A stretch of 60,145 bases of DNA, from the IMG/VR virus record IMGVR_UViG_3300049893_003322; one strand, written 5' to 3'. The notes below the pieces were generated by a model. That model ran no database searches. It worked only from the letters and a program-made list of their open reading frames with translations, and was not told the DNA's origin. The position numbers and the translations under genes are program-made. This DNA comes from a virus. This document shows, in pieces, positions 9,079-17,502 of the stretch (the first letter of the stretch is position 1; every line of letters begins with the position of its first letter).

Positions 9079-9384
9079 CTATTTCCCACGAGACCGGGCA
9101 CGGGCACTCTTCTTGTCAAAAGACCTGGTCGCGGAATTGAAGCGACGAGTGGTGCGACCTAGTAGGTGCGGTACTGCACCTGGTATGTGACTCCAGGTGC
9201 GACCCGTTGCGGCGAGAAATATTGTGACTCTGCTGACGCGGTAGCGTGAGACAAGGATGCGCGTTGCGCAGCCTTTGCGGGCGAGCCGACGCAGTTCGCG
9301 AACCTTCGCTTCGGTGAGTTTAGCAGCGCCGTGGTATTCACCAAAGGGTGTGCCAATACCGGGGTGTTTCGGGTGGTGGCTCAT
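9079..9384 (-). CDS. small helix-turn-helix protein
   Basis: 101 aa. KLTEAKVRELRRLARKGCATRILVSRYRVSRVTI has HTH geometry. ATG at 9382-9384. Confidence 0.45.
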   Translation of the reverse strand: MSHHPKHPGIGTPFGEYHGAAKLTEAKVRELRRLARKGCATRILVSRYRVSRVTIFLAATGRTWSHIPGAVPHLLGRTTRRFNSATRSFDKKSARARSRGK

Positions 9385-9421
9385 TAGCGGGGTGTGGTGT
9401 GGTGGTGAAAGCTCCGGCTGC

Positions 9422-10735
9422 TCAATCTTTGTATGGGTCGACCTCGTCTGCTCCGGCCATTACTACAACGAGCGGTCGTAGTCTGTGGAGTACACGTATC
9501 GTATCGCCCTGCGCGGCAAGTACGTCAGGCAATCGTCGGTAGACTTGCGGCGCCTCGTCCAGACCGCCGCCGCGCACCACGACGCCTCGATTTTTCAGCC
9601 AGGCATCGCGTTCCGTCTCCGACACACGACCCGGAGTGATTTGTTCCGTAACTTGTCGTTGATAGGTGGCTTTGCCGCACTTCGGGCAGGAGGGAAACGG
9701 TGCACCACCAGCCGGGATCGTCCCGCCGCAGTCTCGGTCCCGGCACACCCAACTCTTGCGCTGTCTCGTTTTCCCTCGAGCTGCCGTACGACTCATGATA
9801 CGCCCGGCGCCGTGCACCGTTGAGTAAAGCGCTGTTGTTGCCGTTGGCGTGTCCACGCCCTCGAGGATCACGGCATCGTCCCCCATACTCCCGCCAACAA
9901 ACCCCCGCTGGCCCGGAAAAGCCGGGGTTGCACCTTTGCGCACCACGATCAAACCTCCGTTCCGCTCCTCGCGCCACGCGTAGTTGTGATGATTGTGCAC
10001 CGTGTCGACAACGCGGGCTCCGAGCAACTGGACAACCTTGTGACTCACCCATTCGCGCCCGACGTAGGCGTAACGTCCGGCAAGTTCCATGAGTGCCCAA
10101 TAATCCTGACCCAACGCAGAGTCCAGCGACAGTAGTGTCTCGGTCTCGGGGATGCGGTCACCCCACACACGTCCCTGTCCGGCCGCGAGAAATCCTGAGG
10201 CAATACCGTGCCCAAAGCCGCGCGAGCCGAAGTGCACACCGATCCAGATCTGCTCATCGACGTCGTCGAACACGTCGACATAGTGATTGCCCGAGCCCAC
10301 TGTGCCAAGCTGCTTTCGAGCCTTTTCCTTGAGCCCCTGGGCGAATCCCTGCCCAGCTTGTTCGCGAAGGCGATTCCAGTCGAGGCTGTCAAAGAGTGCG
10401 TGGTCCGCAGGCGCGTCGTCCGCTTTGTTCGATCGATTTACGCCAAAGCTGATCGTTGCGGCGATGTCGTCGGCCAGCCGTTCGAGTGTGCGCTGGCGTT
10501 GCGCCGGCGTGCGGCCCAGATCGCTGACGGTTGCGTCAGTTCGCAGTGCGCAATTTCCGCACGCAATGTCAAATCCGACTCCCATCACCGAAACCTGGTT
10601 GTCGTATGCCGCCACGCCACCGATGGGCATGATATAGCCCAGGTGGCCGTCCGCCATTAATGCGGCGCGCTCGGCGCGGTCAGCAACCCTGCGGAACTGG
10701 AGTAGAGTCGACTCATCGTGTTCGCCGAAGATCAT
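9422..10735 (-). CDS. rtcB: RtcB-family RNA 3'-phosphate ligase
   Basis: 437 aa. Conserved RtcB motifs are present: ADGHLGY-like, GVGFDIACG, and STVHGAGR followed by a Cys4 zinc insertion. Sits beside the tRNA/tmRNA array. Confidence 0.85.
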   Translation of the reverse strand: MIFGEHDESTLLQFRRVADRAERAALMADGHLGYIMPIGGVAAYDNQVSVMGVGFDIACGNCALRTDATVSDLGRTPAQRQRTLERLADDIAATISFGVNRSNKADDAPADHALFDSLDWNRLREQAGQGFAQGLKEKARKQLGTVGSGNHYVDVFDDVDEQIWIGVHFGSRGFGHGIASGFLAAGQGRVWGDRIPETETLLSLDSALGQDYWALMELAGRYAYVGREWVSHKVVQLLGARVVDTVHNHHNYAWREERNGGLIVVRKGATPAFPGQRGFVGGSMGDDAVILEGVDTPTATTALYSTVHGAGRIMSRTAARGKTRQRKSWVCRDRDCGGTIPAGGAPFPSCPKCGKATYQRQVTEQITPGRVSETERDAWLKNRGVVVRGGGLDEAPQVYRRLPDVLAAQGDTIRVLHRLRPLVVVMAGADEVDPYKD

Positions 10736-10876
10736 AGTCGGAAAATAAACACCCCCAGTACGCGCCGCGAACCGCGGCGCGTACTGGGGTCTGGGCAGAG
10801 GGGACGAGCATTTGTGCGGAGGGTTAGCTCAGTATAGCCGTGTGCTGAAGGTTGCGCAAGAGTGGTTGGTCCTTCT

Positions 10877-12118
10877 TCATGGTCGCTTGGTACTAAGATC
10901 AAGTGACAAGTCTTTTGCGGCTTTCGCCGTGAGCATTTCGATTAGGGCGCTGCCGCCGTTCCCCTGGCCGGCGGCAGCGCCCATCTGCACACTTGGCACC
11001 CAAGCGCCTTTGTAGTTGGCAATTGCGTTGGCGTACATCTCGCTCACTTTCACATACGCCTCCAGCTTCTTGTCGAGGGCGCCGTCCGCCGCCATGACAA
11101 GCTTTCGACGTTCGGCTTCGCCTTCGCCCATCAGAATCTGCTCCTGTTTCCGGAGCTTTGCCGTTTCTGCATCCAAGGCGGCCACCGCACGTCGCTGCTC
11201 CGCTGTAGTGACCTCCTTCGCCTTGATAACCTCCTGTTCCCACTTGGCTTTCATGGCGTCAGCTTCTCCGTTCTTGGCTGCTGTAATCGCCGCCTGTTCG
11301 GCTTTCTTCGATTCGGCGATGGCCGTCTGTACCTGCATGATCGCGGACTGCTGCGCGTTGATCTGATCCGTCGTCGCCTTGTCGTACGTAATATCGCCCA
11401 GGGAGAGATTGAACGCCCGGAGTTGAAACTCATCCAGGGCGGAGGGTTCCTGTCGGGCAAATCCGTGATCCGCCGCCGCCTGACTCGGCACCACGTCCAC
11501 AATCTTCACGGTCTTTTCCTGACCGGTCATTTCATCCCGAACTTTCGCTTCCCGGACGTTCGTGCGGTACACGCCGTGACTGACCTGGTCGAGAATTAGG
11601 AAGAGCATATCATTCCGACGTGTGGCGAAGGATTCTGTGGAGGACATCAACGGCCCCGTCATTGTGATGACCTTTTCCATCACCGGTCGGATGATCTGGC
11701 GTTCGATGGCTTCGTCCGAACCGTACTTGGAGTGCAAATCGTTCAGCGCGGTCGTGGCGGTCGGCATTTCCCAGGAGATTGCGCCGGAAATTTGCCCCGC
11801 GCCGTTGTCGTTGAACCGTGTCGGCAACGGAATCCCCGAGGCGTCGTCACTCTCTTTTTTGCCGCGAAAGTCGAACTGATGCCGTTTCCGATACTGCGTG
11901 ATTTTGCCAAATCCCTGCCACTTCCATCCTTGGGTGGTGTACCAGCGCAACTCGCCGGTGACGGGAGACTGGACGACCATGATATGGCTGGCGTCCAGGT
12001 TTTCCGCGAGGTTTCCGACGATCAGCGGTGTCAGAATCAGGAGGATGACGGTGCCAATGACGCGGCGACTTCGCGAGAGAATGTTTCGAATCTGATTGAC
12101 CTCAGCGGGGTTACTCAT
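10877..12118 (-). CDS. SPFH/band-7 (stomatin/flotillin-like) membrane protein
   Basis: N-terminal transmembrane helix VIGTVILLILTPLIVGNL. An SPFH-like core is followed by an Ala/Glu/Lys-rich coiled coil (AEQAAITAAKNGEADAMKAKWEQE...). Confidence 0.55.
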   Translation of the reverse strand: MSNPAEVNQIRNILSRSRRVIGTVILLILTPLIVGNLAENLDASHIMVVQSPVTGELRWYTTQGWKWQGFGKITQYRKRHQFDFRGKKESDDASGIPLPTRFNDNGAGQISGAISWEMPTATTALNDLHSKYGSDEAIERQIIRPVMEKVITMTGPLMSSTESFATRRNDMLFLILDQVSHGVYRTNVREAKVRDEMTGQEKTVKIVDVVPSQAAADHGFARQEPSALDEFQLRAFNLSLGDITYDKATTDQINAQQSAIMQVQTAIAESKKAEQAAITAAKNGEADAMKAKWEQEVIKAKEVTTAEQRRAVAALDAETAKLRKQEQILMGEGEAERRKLVMAADGALDKKLEAYVKVSEMYANAIANYKGAWVPSVQMGAAAGQGNGGSALIEMLTAKAAKDLSLDLSTKRP

Positions 12119-12335
12119 GGCTATTCTCGTAGGTGATTTGTTTCTCGACGGCGCGAGTGGTTCGATCGAGACGTGCGGCCTCCAGGCGGGCGGCGGCGTC
12201 CAGGTTGCGGGCCTCGGCTTCCTTCAGTTTGCGATGTTGTCGTGCCCGGGAACCATCCACAATGATGGGCAGTGCAACGCTGACTACGGCGGTGATGACC
12301 AGGCCGATGAACACCAATTCCAAGATGGCGAGCAT
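12111..12335 (-). CDS. small membrane protein (NfeD-like partner of SPFH?)
   Basis: Internal Met MLAILELVFIGLVITAVVSVALPIIV gives a single transmembrane helix plus a charged tail. Stop overlaps the SPFH start by 8 nt. The ORF-track start at 12398 would run into the tmRNA 3' end. Confidence 0.45.
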   Translation of the reverse strand: MLAILELVFIGLVITAVVSVALPIIVDGSRARQHRKLKEAEARNLDAAARLEAARLDRTTRAVEKQITYENSHE

Positions 12336-12353
12336 AGAGTGAGGAGAGAAAAA

Positions 12354-12702
12354 TGGAGGCGGGGGGATTCGAACCCCCGTCCGGAGCAATGTCACCAACC
12401 CGTGATACGAGCGTGCCTAGTTTCTGGTCCCAGGCGGACTGCGGCTCAGGAGAACCACCCAACAGACGAACGATCCTGCAACCTGCAACAACCCTCGGTC
12501 TTGGGTTCACTAGGTCGCCGAGGAACCTAGGCGTTGTTCACGCGGCCGCGAGGGCCGGAGCGAAGGCCGGGGCTTTCCAACCCTGACCTGGAGGCAACGC
12601 AATACCAGCACGAGGCGTGGCATTTGTGGTGTGTTACTGTAAGGCCCGTAACGCTCCGCTCGCACGAACAGGGTCTATCCTCCGTCGAAACCAATCGCCC
12701 CC
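12354..12702 (-). ncRNA. ssrA: tmRNA (SsrA)
   Basis: The 5' end GGGGGCGAUUGGUUUCGACGG pairs with the 3' end ...GGGGGUUCGAAUCCCCCCGCCUCCA, forming a G3:U70 acceptor stem plus T-arm. A reading frame inside ends ...FAPALAAA followed by UGA, the typical proteolysis-tag ending. Length is about 349 nt. CCA is not encoded. Confidence 0.85.
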
Positions 12703-12749
12703 GGTACTATTACTGGTGAGAATATTAGCTTTGTACCCTCCAAACACAA

Positions 12750-12769
12750 GAGCCGCCTGCGGGCGGCTC
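12750..12769 (-). terminator. hairpin terminator overlapping the stop of the phosphoesterase gene
   Basis: AGCCGCC-tgcg-GGCGGCT inverted repeat. On the minus strand it reads TGAGCCGCCCGCAGGCGGCUCUUGUGUUUGG. Confidence 0.6.
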
Positions 12770-13415
12770 AGAGAATGCGTAGTTCCCCGATATCCAACAC
12801 GATCTGGTCCTCATACTGGATGGTCCGGTGCATGTGCCCGCTCACTGTCCGGGGATTTCCTAACCACGTGCGGGCGTAGTCGAGCATGACGGCTACTGGC
12901 GACGTCCAGGCGGCGGGCAGGCCCCAGATGGCGAGATTCCGACGGGAAAAGTGCTTGTCGATGAGGTGTTGTCCCGGGGAGTGGGACACCAGCGTGTCAC
13001 ACGGGACGGGGTGACTGAGCAGGCGAGCCCAGTGCTCCGGCGTGGGCACTTCCTCGGCTTGCCAGCGGTGGTTGACGGCTTTGTCGACGCTGTCGCCACC
13101 CCCCATGAAGAAGATCAGTCGCCCGGCGATGTCCACCGCACCGCCGTTCGGCACGAACGTGAGCAGGTTGTCACGGCGGATCGCGGTCGGCTGCGTGTAG
13201 CGCCTTAGATTGCTCCAATCTTCGTGATTTCCGCCGCACCAGAACACCGGAAGCGTCAGGGGGACTGTGCAAAAGTCCCGCTCGAATTGTGGGTACCAGC
13301 CCAGATCTCCGACCTGGACGACGGCGGCGCATCCGGCGTCGGCAGCTCGCTGGGTTTGCGCCCGGAGCGTGTCCGCGCTGCCGTGGAGGTCCCCGAGAAA
13401 TCCGAGTGTGGTCAT
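12768..13415 (-). CDS. calcineurin-like metallophosphoesterase
   Basis: GDLHG, VVQVGDLGW and GGNHED motifs match the MPP superfamily. 215 aa. Confidence 0.7.
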   Translation of the reverse strand: MTTLGFLGDLHGSADTLRAQTQRAADAGCAAVVQVGDLGWYPQFERDFCTVPLTLPVFWCGGNHEDWSNLRRYTQPTAIRRDNLLTFVPNGGAVDIAGRLIFFMGGGDSVDKAVNHRWQAEEVPTPEHWARLLSHPVPCDTLVSHSPGQHLIDKHFSRRNLAIWGLPAAWTSPVAVMLDYARTWLGNPRTVSGHMHRTIQYEDQIVLDIGELRIL

Positions 13416-13416
13416 A

Positions 13417-13489
13417 TAGCCCCGCTAGGGATCGAACCTAGAGCCTTCTGGGTCAAAGCCAGCTGCACCGCCGATTGTGCTACAGGGCC
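13417..13489 (-). tRNA. tRNA-Gln (anticodon UUG)
   Basis: Cloverleaf read by eye: acceptor GGCCCUG/CGGGGCU, T-loop UUCGAUC, anticodon loop CUUUGAC. No CCA encoded. Overlaps the stop of the downstream ORF. Confidence 0.75.
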
Positions 13490-13827
13490 AGATCTTCTGT
13501 GGGCTTGCCCAGGCGGGCCGCCTGGTCTCGGGTAAAGCCACTCCCGTATGTCGTGCTGGTGGGCTCGTGGATACGCACGAGCTTATCGCAAAATCGGGCG
13601 ATGTCGTTGTTACGCGCCTTGAACTGCGGCCAGGCCTGTGCCAAGGGCAAGCATTCAACCACCCAGAGCCCAGCGGCCTGGGCTTCGTTCGCTGCGAGCT
13701 GGTCGATGCCTGCGCACCCACCACTCACGACTACGCTGGGAGAGAGCCGGCGAAGGACGTCGCGGATGATGTCTCGGGCCCTGGCCTCATCGGTGACGTT
13801 CTTGGAGCCCACAATGGCTAGTCGCAT
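13480..13827 (-). CDS. DUF2493 / SLOG-family protein
   Basis: MRLAIVGSKNVTDE...VVVSGGCAGIDQLAANEAQAAG matches the GGAxGxD Rossmann-like SLOG fold seen in phage DUF2493 proteins. Confidence 0.55.
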   Translation of the reverse strand: MRLAIVGSKNVTDEARARDIIRDVLRRLSPSVVVSGGCAGIDQLAANEAQAAGLWVVECLPLAQAWPQFKARNNDIARFCDKLVRIHEPTSTTYGSGFTRDQAARLGKPTEDLAL

Positions 13828-13983
13828 TCACAGTCGCCGGTCGTTGGTGAGTCGAGTAGTTCCTGCAATTGGGCCTCGGCATCGACATCCCGACGCGCAT
13901 CACTGATCTTCCGGTGCTGCGACGCTCGTTTGTTGACGCGCTCGTCCTTCCAGCCTTTGCACCCGCAATACATGCGTTGATGT

Positions 13984-14496
13984 TTAGGGCGTTTGCGCTT
14001 GTGATGCATTGTGTGTGCGAATGCGAAGGCAGGGCGCGCCCTCGTGCCAAAGGTTGAGGGTAAACGCGTGCGAGAATAGCTCAAGATCGCCCAGTGTAAG
14101 ACTAACGACGGTCACCGACCCCGACTGAGGCAGACGCTGATCGGGGGAGGCAGAGTGAGCGTACAGGACAATTGGCAGCGTGGGAATCGACTTGAGCTCG
14201 TGGATGGCAAGCAACTCCACCCCCCAGCGCAGGCGTGATGAACCGAGGCGTTCCCGGAGGCCGATCCAGTGTTCATCACCCTTAAAGGTGAGGGAGACGA
14301 GGTCCGCGTACGCCTGAGCGATTTCGGGCTCGGAAGCGTCCGCCGCGTTTGCGACCCTCATTATCCGCTCGACCAAGGACTCGGGACTGCTCTGCCTCGC
14401 GAGATCAAGCACGGTCGTGTCCTCACGAAGCTTCCGGTACAGGTACGCAGGGGTATTAGCGAAAAGAAAGCTTTGCAGAACTGAATCCGCGACCAT
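13984..14496 (-). CDS. hypothetical protein
   Basis: ORF-track 13984..14634 trimmed to the internal Met MVADSV so it does not run through tRNA-Gln(CUG). Confidence 0.35.
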   Translation of the reverse strand: MVADSVLQSFLFANTPAYLYRKLREDTTVLDLARQSSPESLVERIMRVANAADASEPEIAQAYADLVSLTFKGDEHWIGLRERLGSSRLRWGVELLAIHELKSIPTLPIVLYAHSASPDQRLPQSGSVTVVSLTLGDLELFSHAFTLNLWHEGAPCLRIRTHNASQAQTP

Positions 14497-14576
14497 TGGA
14501 ATCACTTGAAGCGAAGTCGAAAGTATTTTGCGTGGCCGAAATTGTACGGACACCGCTTGGCCAAGTTCGGTAGGAA

Positions 14577-14649
14577 TAGCCTCGCTAGGGATCGAACCTA
14601 GAACCTTCCGGGTCAGAGCCGGGTGCACCGCCAATTGTGCTACAAGGCC
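14577..14649 (-). tRNA. tRNA-Gln (anticodon CUG)
   Basis: Near-identical paralog of the 13417 tRNA, with anticodon loop CUCUGAC. Acceptor GGCCUUG/CGAGGCU. Confidence 0.75.
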
Positions 14650-14719
14650 AGATTGAGGTAGGACGACCGGAAGCGCGAGCTCTCCCTGGAGCGCGGACGT
14701 ACGGAAGCGCTACCTCAAG

Positions 14720-14791
14720 TCCCTTCGGTCGGATTCGAACCGACGACCACCAGCTTATGAGGCCGGGGCTCTGCCGCTGAGCTACGAAGGA
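14720..14791 (-). tRNA. tRNA-Met elongator-type (anticodon CAU)
   Basis: Acceptor UCCUUCG/CGAAGGG with a paired 1:72. Anticodon loop CUCAUAA. T-loop UUCGAAU. Confidence 0.75.
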
Positions 14792-14799
14792 AGAGACAG

Positions 14800-14871
14800 A
14801 CCGCCTGGAGAGACTCGAACTCTCACGGAGCTGCTTGGAAGGCAGCCGCCTTACCTTTCGGCCACAGACGG
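14800..14871 (-). tRNA. tRNA-Gly (anticodon UCC)
   Basis: Acceptor CCGUCUG/CAGGCGG. Anticodon loop CUUCCAA. T-loop UUCGAGU. Confidence 0.7.
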
Positions 14872-15291
14872 ATGTACTACAACGAATCGATTGTCGAATA
14901 TTTGCGACAACGTCGGGCGGACATCCGCCCACTCCAATCTGCCAAGTCCGCAACCCGGACGAGGTAACACCACCGACACTCCTTTCAAGAGGTCCAGCAT
15001 AGCCACGAGTTCGCAGGCGGATTGCTGAATCAGAGCCAGGTTCGCTCGTTCCCGGTAGTGGTGCTTTGTTGGGAAGCTGGCCAGGCGAAATTGACACACA
15101 GCGTAGACGTGATTTCCATACCGACGTACCTTATCGCCGAGCATCAATGGTAGCGGCGGATACCGCTGCGCGGCCTCGCGGGCGACTCCTGCACCCATCA
15201 CCAATTCGCCGTTCTGCTTGACAATCCCGTTGGTAGTGACCACACGCCACTCCGCCGGATACGTCCAGACATCGCCAATCGCCTCGAGCAT
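14851..15291 (-). CDS. macro-domain (ADP-ribose binding/processing) protein
   Basis: VVTTNGIVKQNGELVMGAGVAREAAQRYP resembles the macrodomain N-terminal glycine-rich motif. 146 aa. Stop overlaps tRNA-Gly by about 20 nt. Confidence 0.5.
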   Translation of the reverse strand: MLEAIGDVWTYPAEWRVVTTNGIVKQNGELVMGAGVAREAAQRYPPLPLMLGDKVRRYGNHVYAVCQFRLASFPTKHHYRERANLALIQQSACELVAMLDLLKGVSVVLPRPGCGLGRLEWADVRPTLSQIFDNRFVVVHPSVAER

Positions 15292-15296
15292 GCGTG

Positions 15297-15533
15297 CTAT
15301 TGCTCTCTGGCCGAGTCTTTCGGCGCATTATCACTGGCTGGCCCGACCAGTGTGTTCAGAATCCGAGTCGCGTCGACTTCGTTCAGAAATCGCGGGTTGG
15401 CACTCCGCCACCGCGCACCATCCAGAGTATGCCCCACGTATGTCCGCTTCGTCCCAGTTGCGGAAGCTGTCGACACGACACGCTCTACGATGCCGATGCG
15501 TCCTTTGTTGCACACTGCCAGTTGTGCTGTCAT
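15297..15533 (-). CDS. hypothetical protein
   Basis: Internal Met MTAQLAV. Lies in operon with the macro-domain gene. Confidence 0.35.
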   Translation of the reverse strand: MTAQLAVCNKGRIGIVERVVSTASATGTKRTYVGHTLDGARWRSANPRFLNEVDATRILNTLVGPASDNAPKDSAREQ

Positions 15534-16159
15534 GCTTCCTCCGGCTGCCGGTAATAAGTCAAGTCGAAGAACACGGGCACTGCGTGCCGCCACCCCACAT
15601 TCGACACCTGGTGCACATCGCCTACGCCCAATTGACGACCGAGTGCGCGAATCGTTTCATACTGGATTCGGTATTGCGTCTCGTCCGGGGCGCAGTATTC
15701 TTGGACCATGGTACCAGGGGTAATGTACACCGTCCACGGAACGTGCTGTCGGTAACCCCGTCGACAGAGATCTCCCACGGCCTTTGCGTCCCCTGCAACG
15801 TCTCCTCGAAGACGGCGCTTCAAGCACCAGAACTCTTCCCGGTGGTCGATGACAAAAGCGATCTTGTATTCGCCGATGTGTGAGATAGCCCGCAGTTCGC
15901 GAAGCTGGAGCCATAGGGAAAAGGCGGAGGCCAGGCGCCAAAATTCGCTCCGGCGTTGATACGTGTGGTCGAGATCGACCGCCGCGATTGGCCAGGCGGC
16001 TAGGGCGTGCGCCGCCCGAAGCACACGCGGCGGAACCCACACTGACTCAGTCGAGGAGAGCCTTCCTGATTTCGCGCTTCTCCGCTCGGCGCTGGCGCTT
16101 CCAGAACTGCCGCTTGCCATACTTACGCAGATGTTTCGCCCATTCTGCAGCTTGCGCAA
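15530..16159 (-). CDS. hypothetical protein
   Basis: 209-aa ORF. Contains a 24-nt DNA segment that recurs exactly at 57008. Confidence 0.4.
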   Translation of the reverse strand: MRKLQNGRNICVSMASGSSGSASAERRSAKSGRLSSTESVWVPPRVLRAAHALAAWPIAAVDLDHTYQRRSEFWRLASAFSLWLQLRELRAISHIGEYKIAFVIDHREEFWCLKRRLRGDVAGDAKAVGDLCRRGYRQHVPWTVYITPGTMVQEYCAPDETQYRIQYETIRALGRQLGVGDVHQVSNVGWRHAVPVFFDLTYYRQPEEA

Positions 16160-16262
16160 GTATGCCCTTTTTGATCGTGCTCATGCTCTCCCTCGTACTG
16201 TGCGTTGCACGCATTGCATTCATAACGATCGGTGCCCCATCGCGTGAACACGGGGGCCCCAG

Positions 16263-16337
16263 TCTCCGAGGCTGGATTCGAACCAGCGGCTTCCGCCATC
16301 CGAAGGCGGCTGTCTGACCGGGCTGACGTACTCGGAG
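16263..16337 (-). tRNA. tRNA-Pro (anticodon CGG)
   Basis: Acceptor CUCCGAG/CUCGGAG. Anticodon loop UUCGGAU. T-loop UUCGAAU. Confidence 0.75.
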
Positions 16338-16548
16338 CGTAGTACACAACAATCCTTGGCAACACGAGTCCGCAGGCGCGACACACGAATCCCGTTGAAT
16401 TTTCGTATACAGACGCGTGCCGACATCCATCGACTACGTTAGCAACAAGCCCGGCAGGGCATCCGCAGCTAGCCACATGCGGCGCGTGAATACTGTGACA
16501 ACGCGGGCATTCCCAGCCGAGAGGAGTGAGACTCATACTGCCCTCCAG

Positions 16549-16782
16549 TTAATCCGAGTCTGCACCGGCGCAATACGAACACACCAAGGGAGTGCCGTCG
16601 CAGGCCGTGCAGCGCCAGCTGCCGTCGCCGTTGCAGCTGCCGCAGCGCACGTAGTGACTGTGGCCGCACGAGCAGCAGCACTCGATCTCGCCGTCACCGT
16701 TGCAGTTCGGGCACTCTACGATGCCGCTAGTGCATTCGTAACACTGGCCCGTACCGTCACCGTCGCACTCTGGACAGGACAT
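16549..16782 (-). CDS. DnaJ-type zinc-finger miniprotein (CxxCxGxG repeats)
   Basis: 77 aa from Met MSCPECDGDG. Carries CPECDGDG, CPNCNGDG and CGSCNGDG repeats. The ORF-track N-terminal extension would run through tRNA-Pro(UGG). Confidence 0.5.
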   Translation of the reverse strand: MSCPECDGDGTGQCYECTSGIVECPNCNGDGEIECCCSCGHSHYVRCGSCNGDGSWRCTACDGTPLVCSYCAGADSD

Positions 16783-16824
16783 TATGGAGCCTCCCAGGTT
16801 AGGACTTGGAGTAAAGCGTATAAG

Positions 16825-16898
16825 TCGGGACAGCAGGACTCGAACCTGCAACCTCCTGCTTCCAAAGCAGGTAGTCTGACCAATTGACGTATGTCCCG
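16825..16898 (-). tRNA. tRNA-Pro (anticodon UGG)
   Basis: Acceptor CGGGACA/UGUCCCG. Anticodon loop UUUGGAA. T-loop UUCGAGU. Confidence 0.75.
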
Positions 16899-17068
16899 CC
16901 GGCTTCCGCACCTTTTCGAAGGGTGCGCAGGTGCCGATTCGCGCCGTCCGTCGACTTTGCGAACAACCTGCTGACGCACAGTTTCCCTAGACGGCCAACG
17001 TCAGCTTCCCGTCCTCGGGCGCAGGTTAACTTGTCGACAGGTCGCCTGCGCGCGTAGACTGTCGCGAG

Positions 17069-17142
17069 AGCCCTCCGCCAGATTCGAACTGGCGACTTCC
17101 TGTTTACGAAACAGGCGCTCTGGCCGGCTGAGCTAGAAGGGC
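17069..17142 (-). tRNA. tRNA-Thr (anticodon CGU)
   Basis: Acceptor GCCCUUC/GGAGGGC. Anticodon loop UUCGUAA. T-loop UUCGAAU. Confidence 0.75.
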
Positions 17143-17423
17143 ATATTAGCCACAGTGACGAGTACGTCGCCATGACAAGCTTGCGGCGCGCACCAACATC
17201 CCAAAATCTTACCCCGAAGCTCCCGCTGCGCCTTTTGTACTAGTTCGGGCTGAGCCAGAAGCCACTCACGATAGAGGTCGATCACGCGACGCCGCTCCTC
17301 GACCGTATGACTTTGCATTACGAACGGATTCCCCCACTCTCCCGGGGCGCCCGTCTTGGGACACTGGCCTCGACCGATATATACGTCGTAGTTTGCGTAC
17401 TTGCAGTGCACAACGAGCTTCAT
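17133..17423 (-). CDS. DUF4326-family protein
   Basis: YIGRG...GNPF...GCWCAPQACHGDVL matches the phage DUF4326 signature. Start trimmed to the internal Met to clear tRNA-Cys. Confidence 0.5.
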   Translation of the reverse strand: MKLVVHCKYANYDVYIGRGQCPKTGAPGEWGNPFVMQSHTVEERRRVIDLYREWLLAQPELVQKAQRELRGKILGCWCAPQACHGDVLVTVANMPF

Positions 17424-17429
17424 AAGAAG

Positions 17430-17502
17430 AGTCTCGAGTTGGAATCGAACCAACGTTTTTGAGGTTGCAGCTCAACGCCAAGATCCACTAGGCTTTCGAG
17501 AC
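17430..17502 (-). tRNA. tRNA-Cys (anticodon GCA)
   Basis: Acceptor GUCUCGA/UCGAGAC. Anticodon loop CUGCAAC. T-loop UUCGAUU. Confidence 0.7.

Noticed and set aside
9026-9119. TTG start at 9119 for the MVP-like gene (ORF-track start).
   Set aside because: The ATG at 9026 matches the MVP N-terminus and leaves the upstream HTH gene non-overlapping. The 31 extra residues are hydrophobic and Pro-rich with no counterpart in MVP.
13818-14084. Small basic ORF (88 aa) overlapping both neighbours.
   Set aside because: It overlaps DUF2493 and the next ORF by about 100 nt in different frames and carries no recognisable motif. It is probably spurious or much shorter.
16898-17069. Possible extra tRNA between tRNA-Pro(UGG) and tRNA-Thr(CGU) (GCACC-CUUCGAAAA-GGUGC).
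   Set aside because: The loop is 9 nt and no acceptor or anticodon arms could be drawn. It is not reported as a tRNA.
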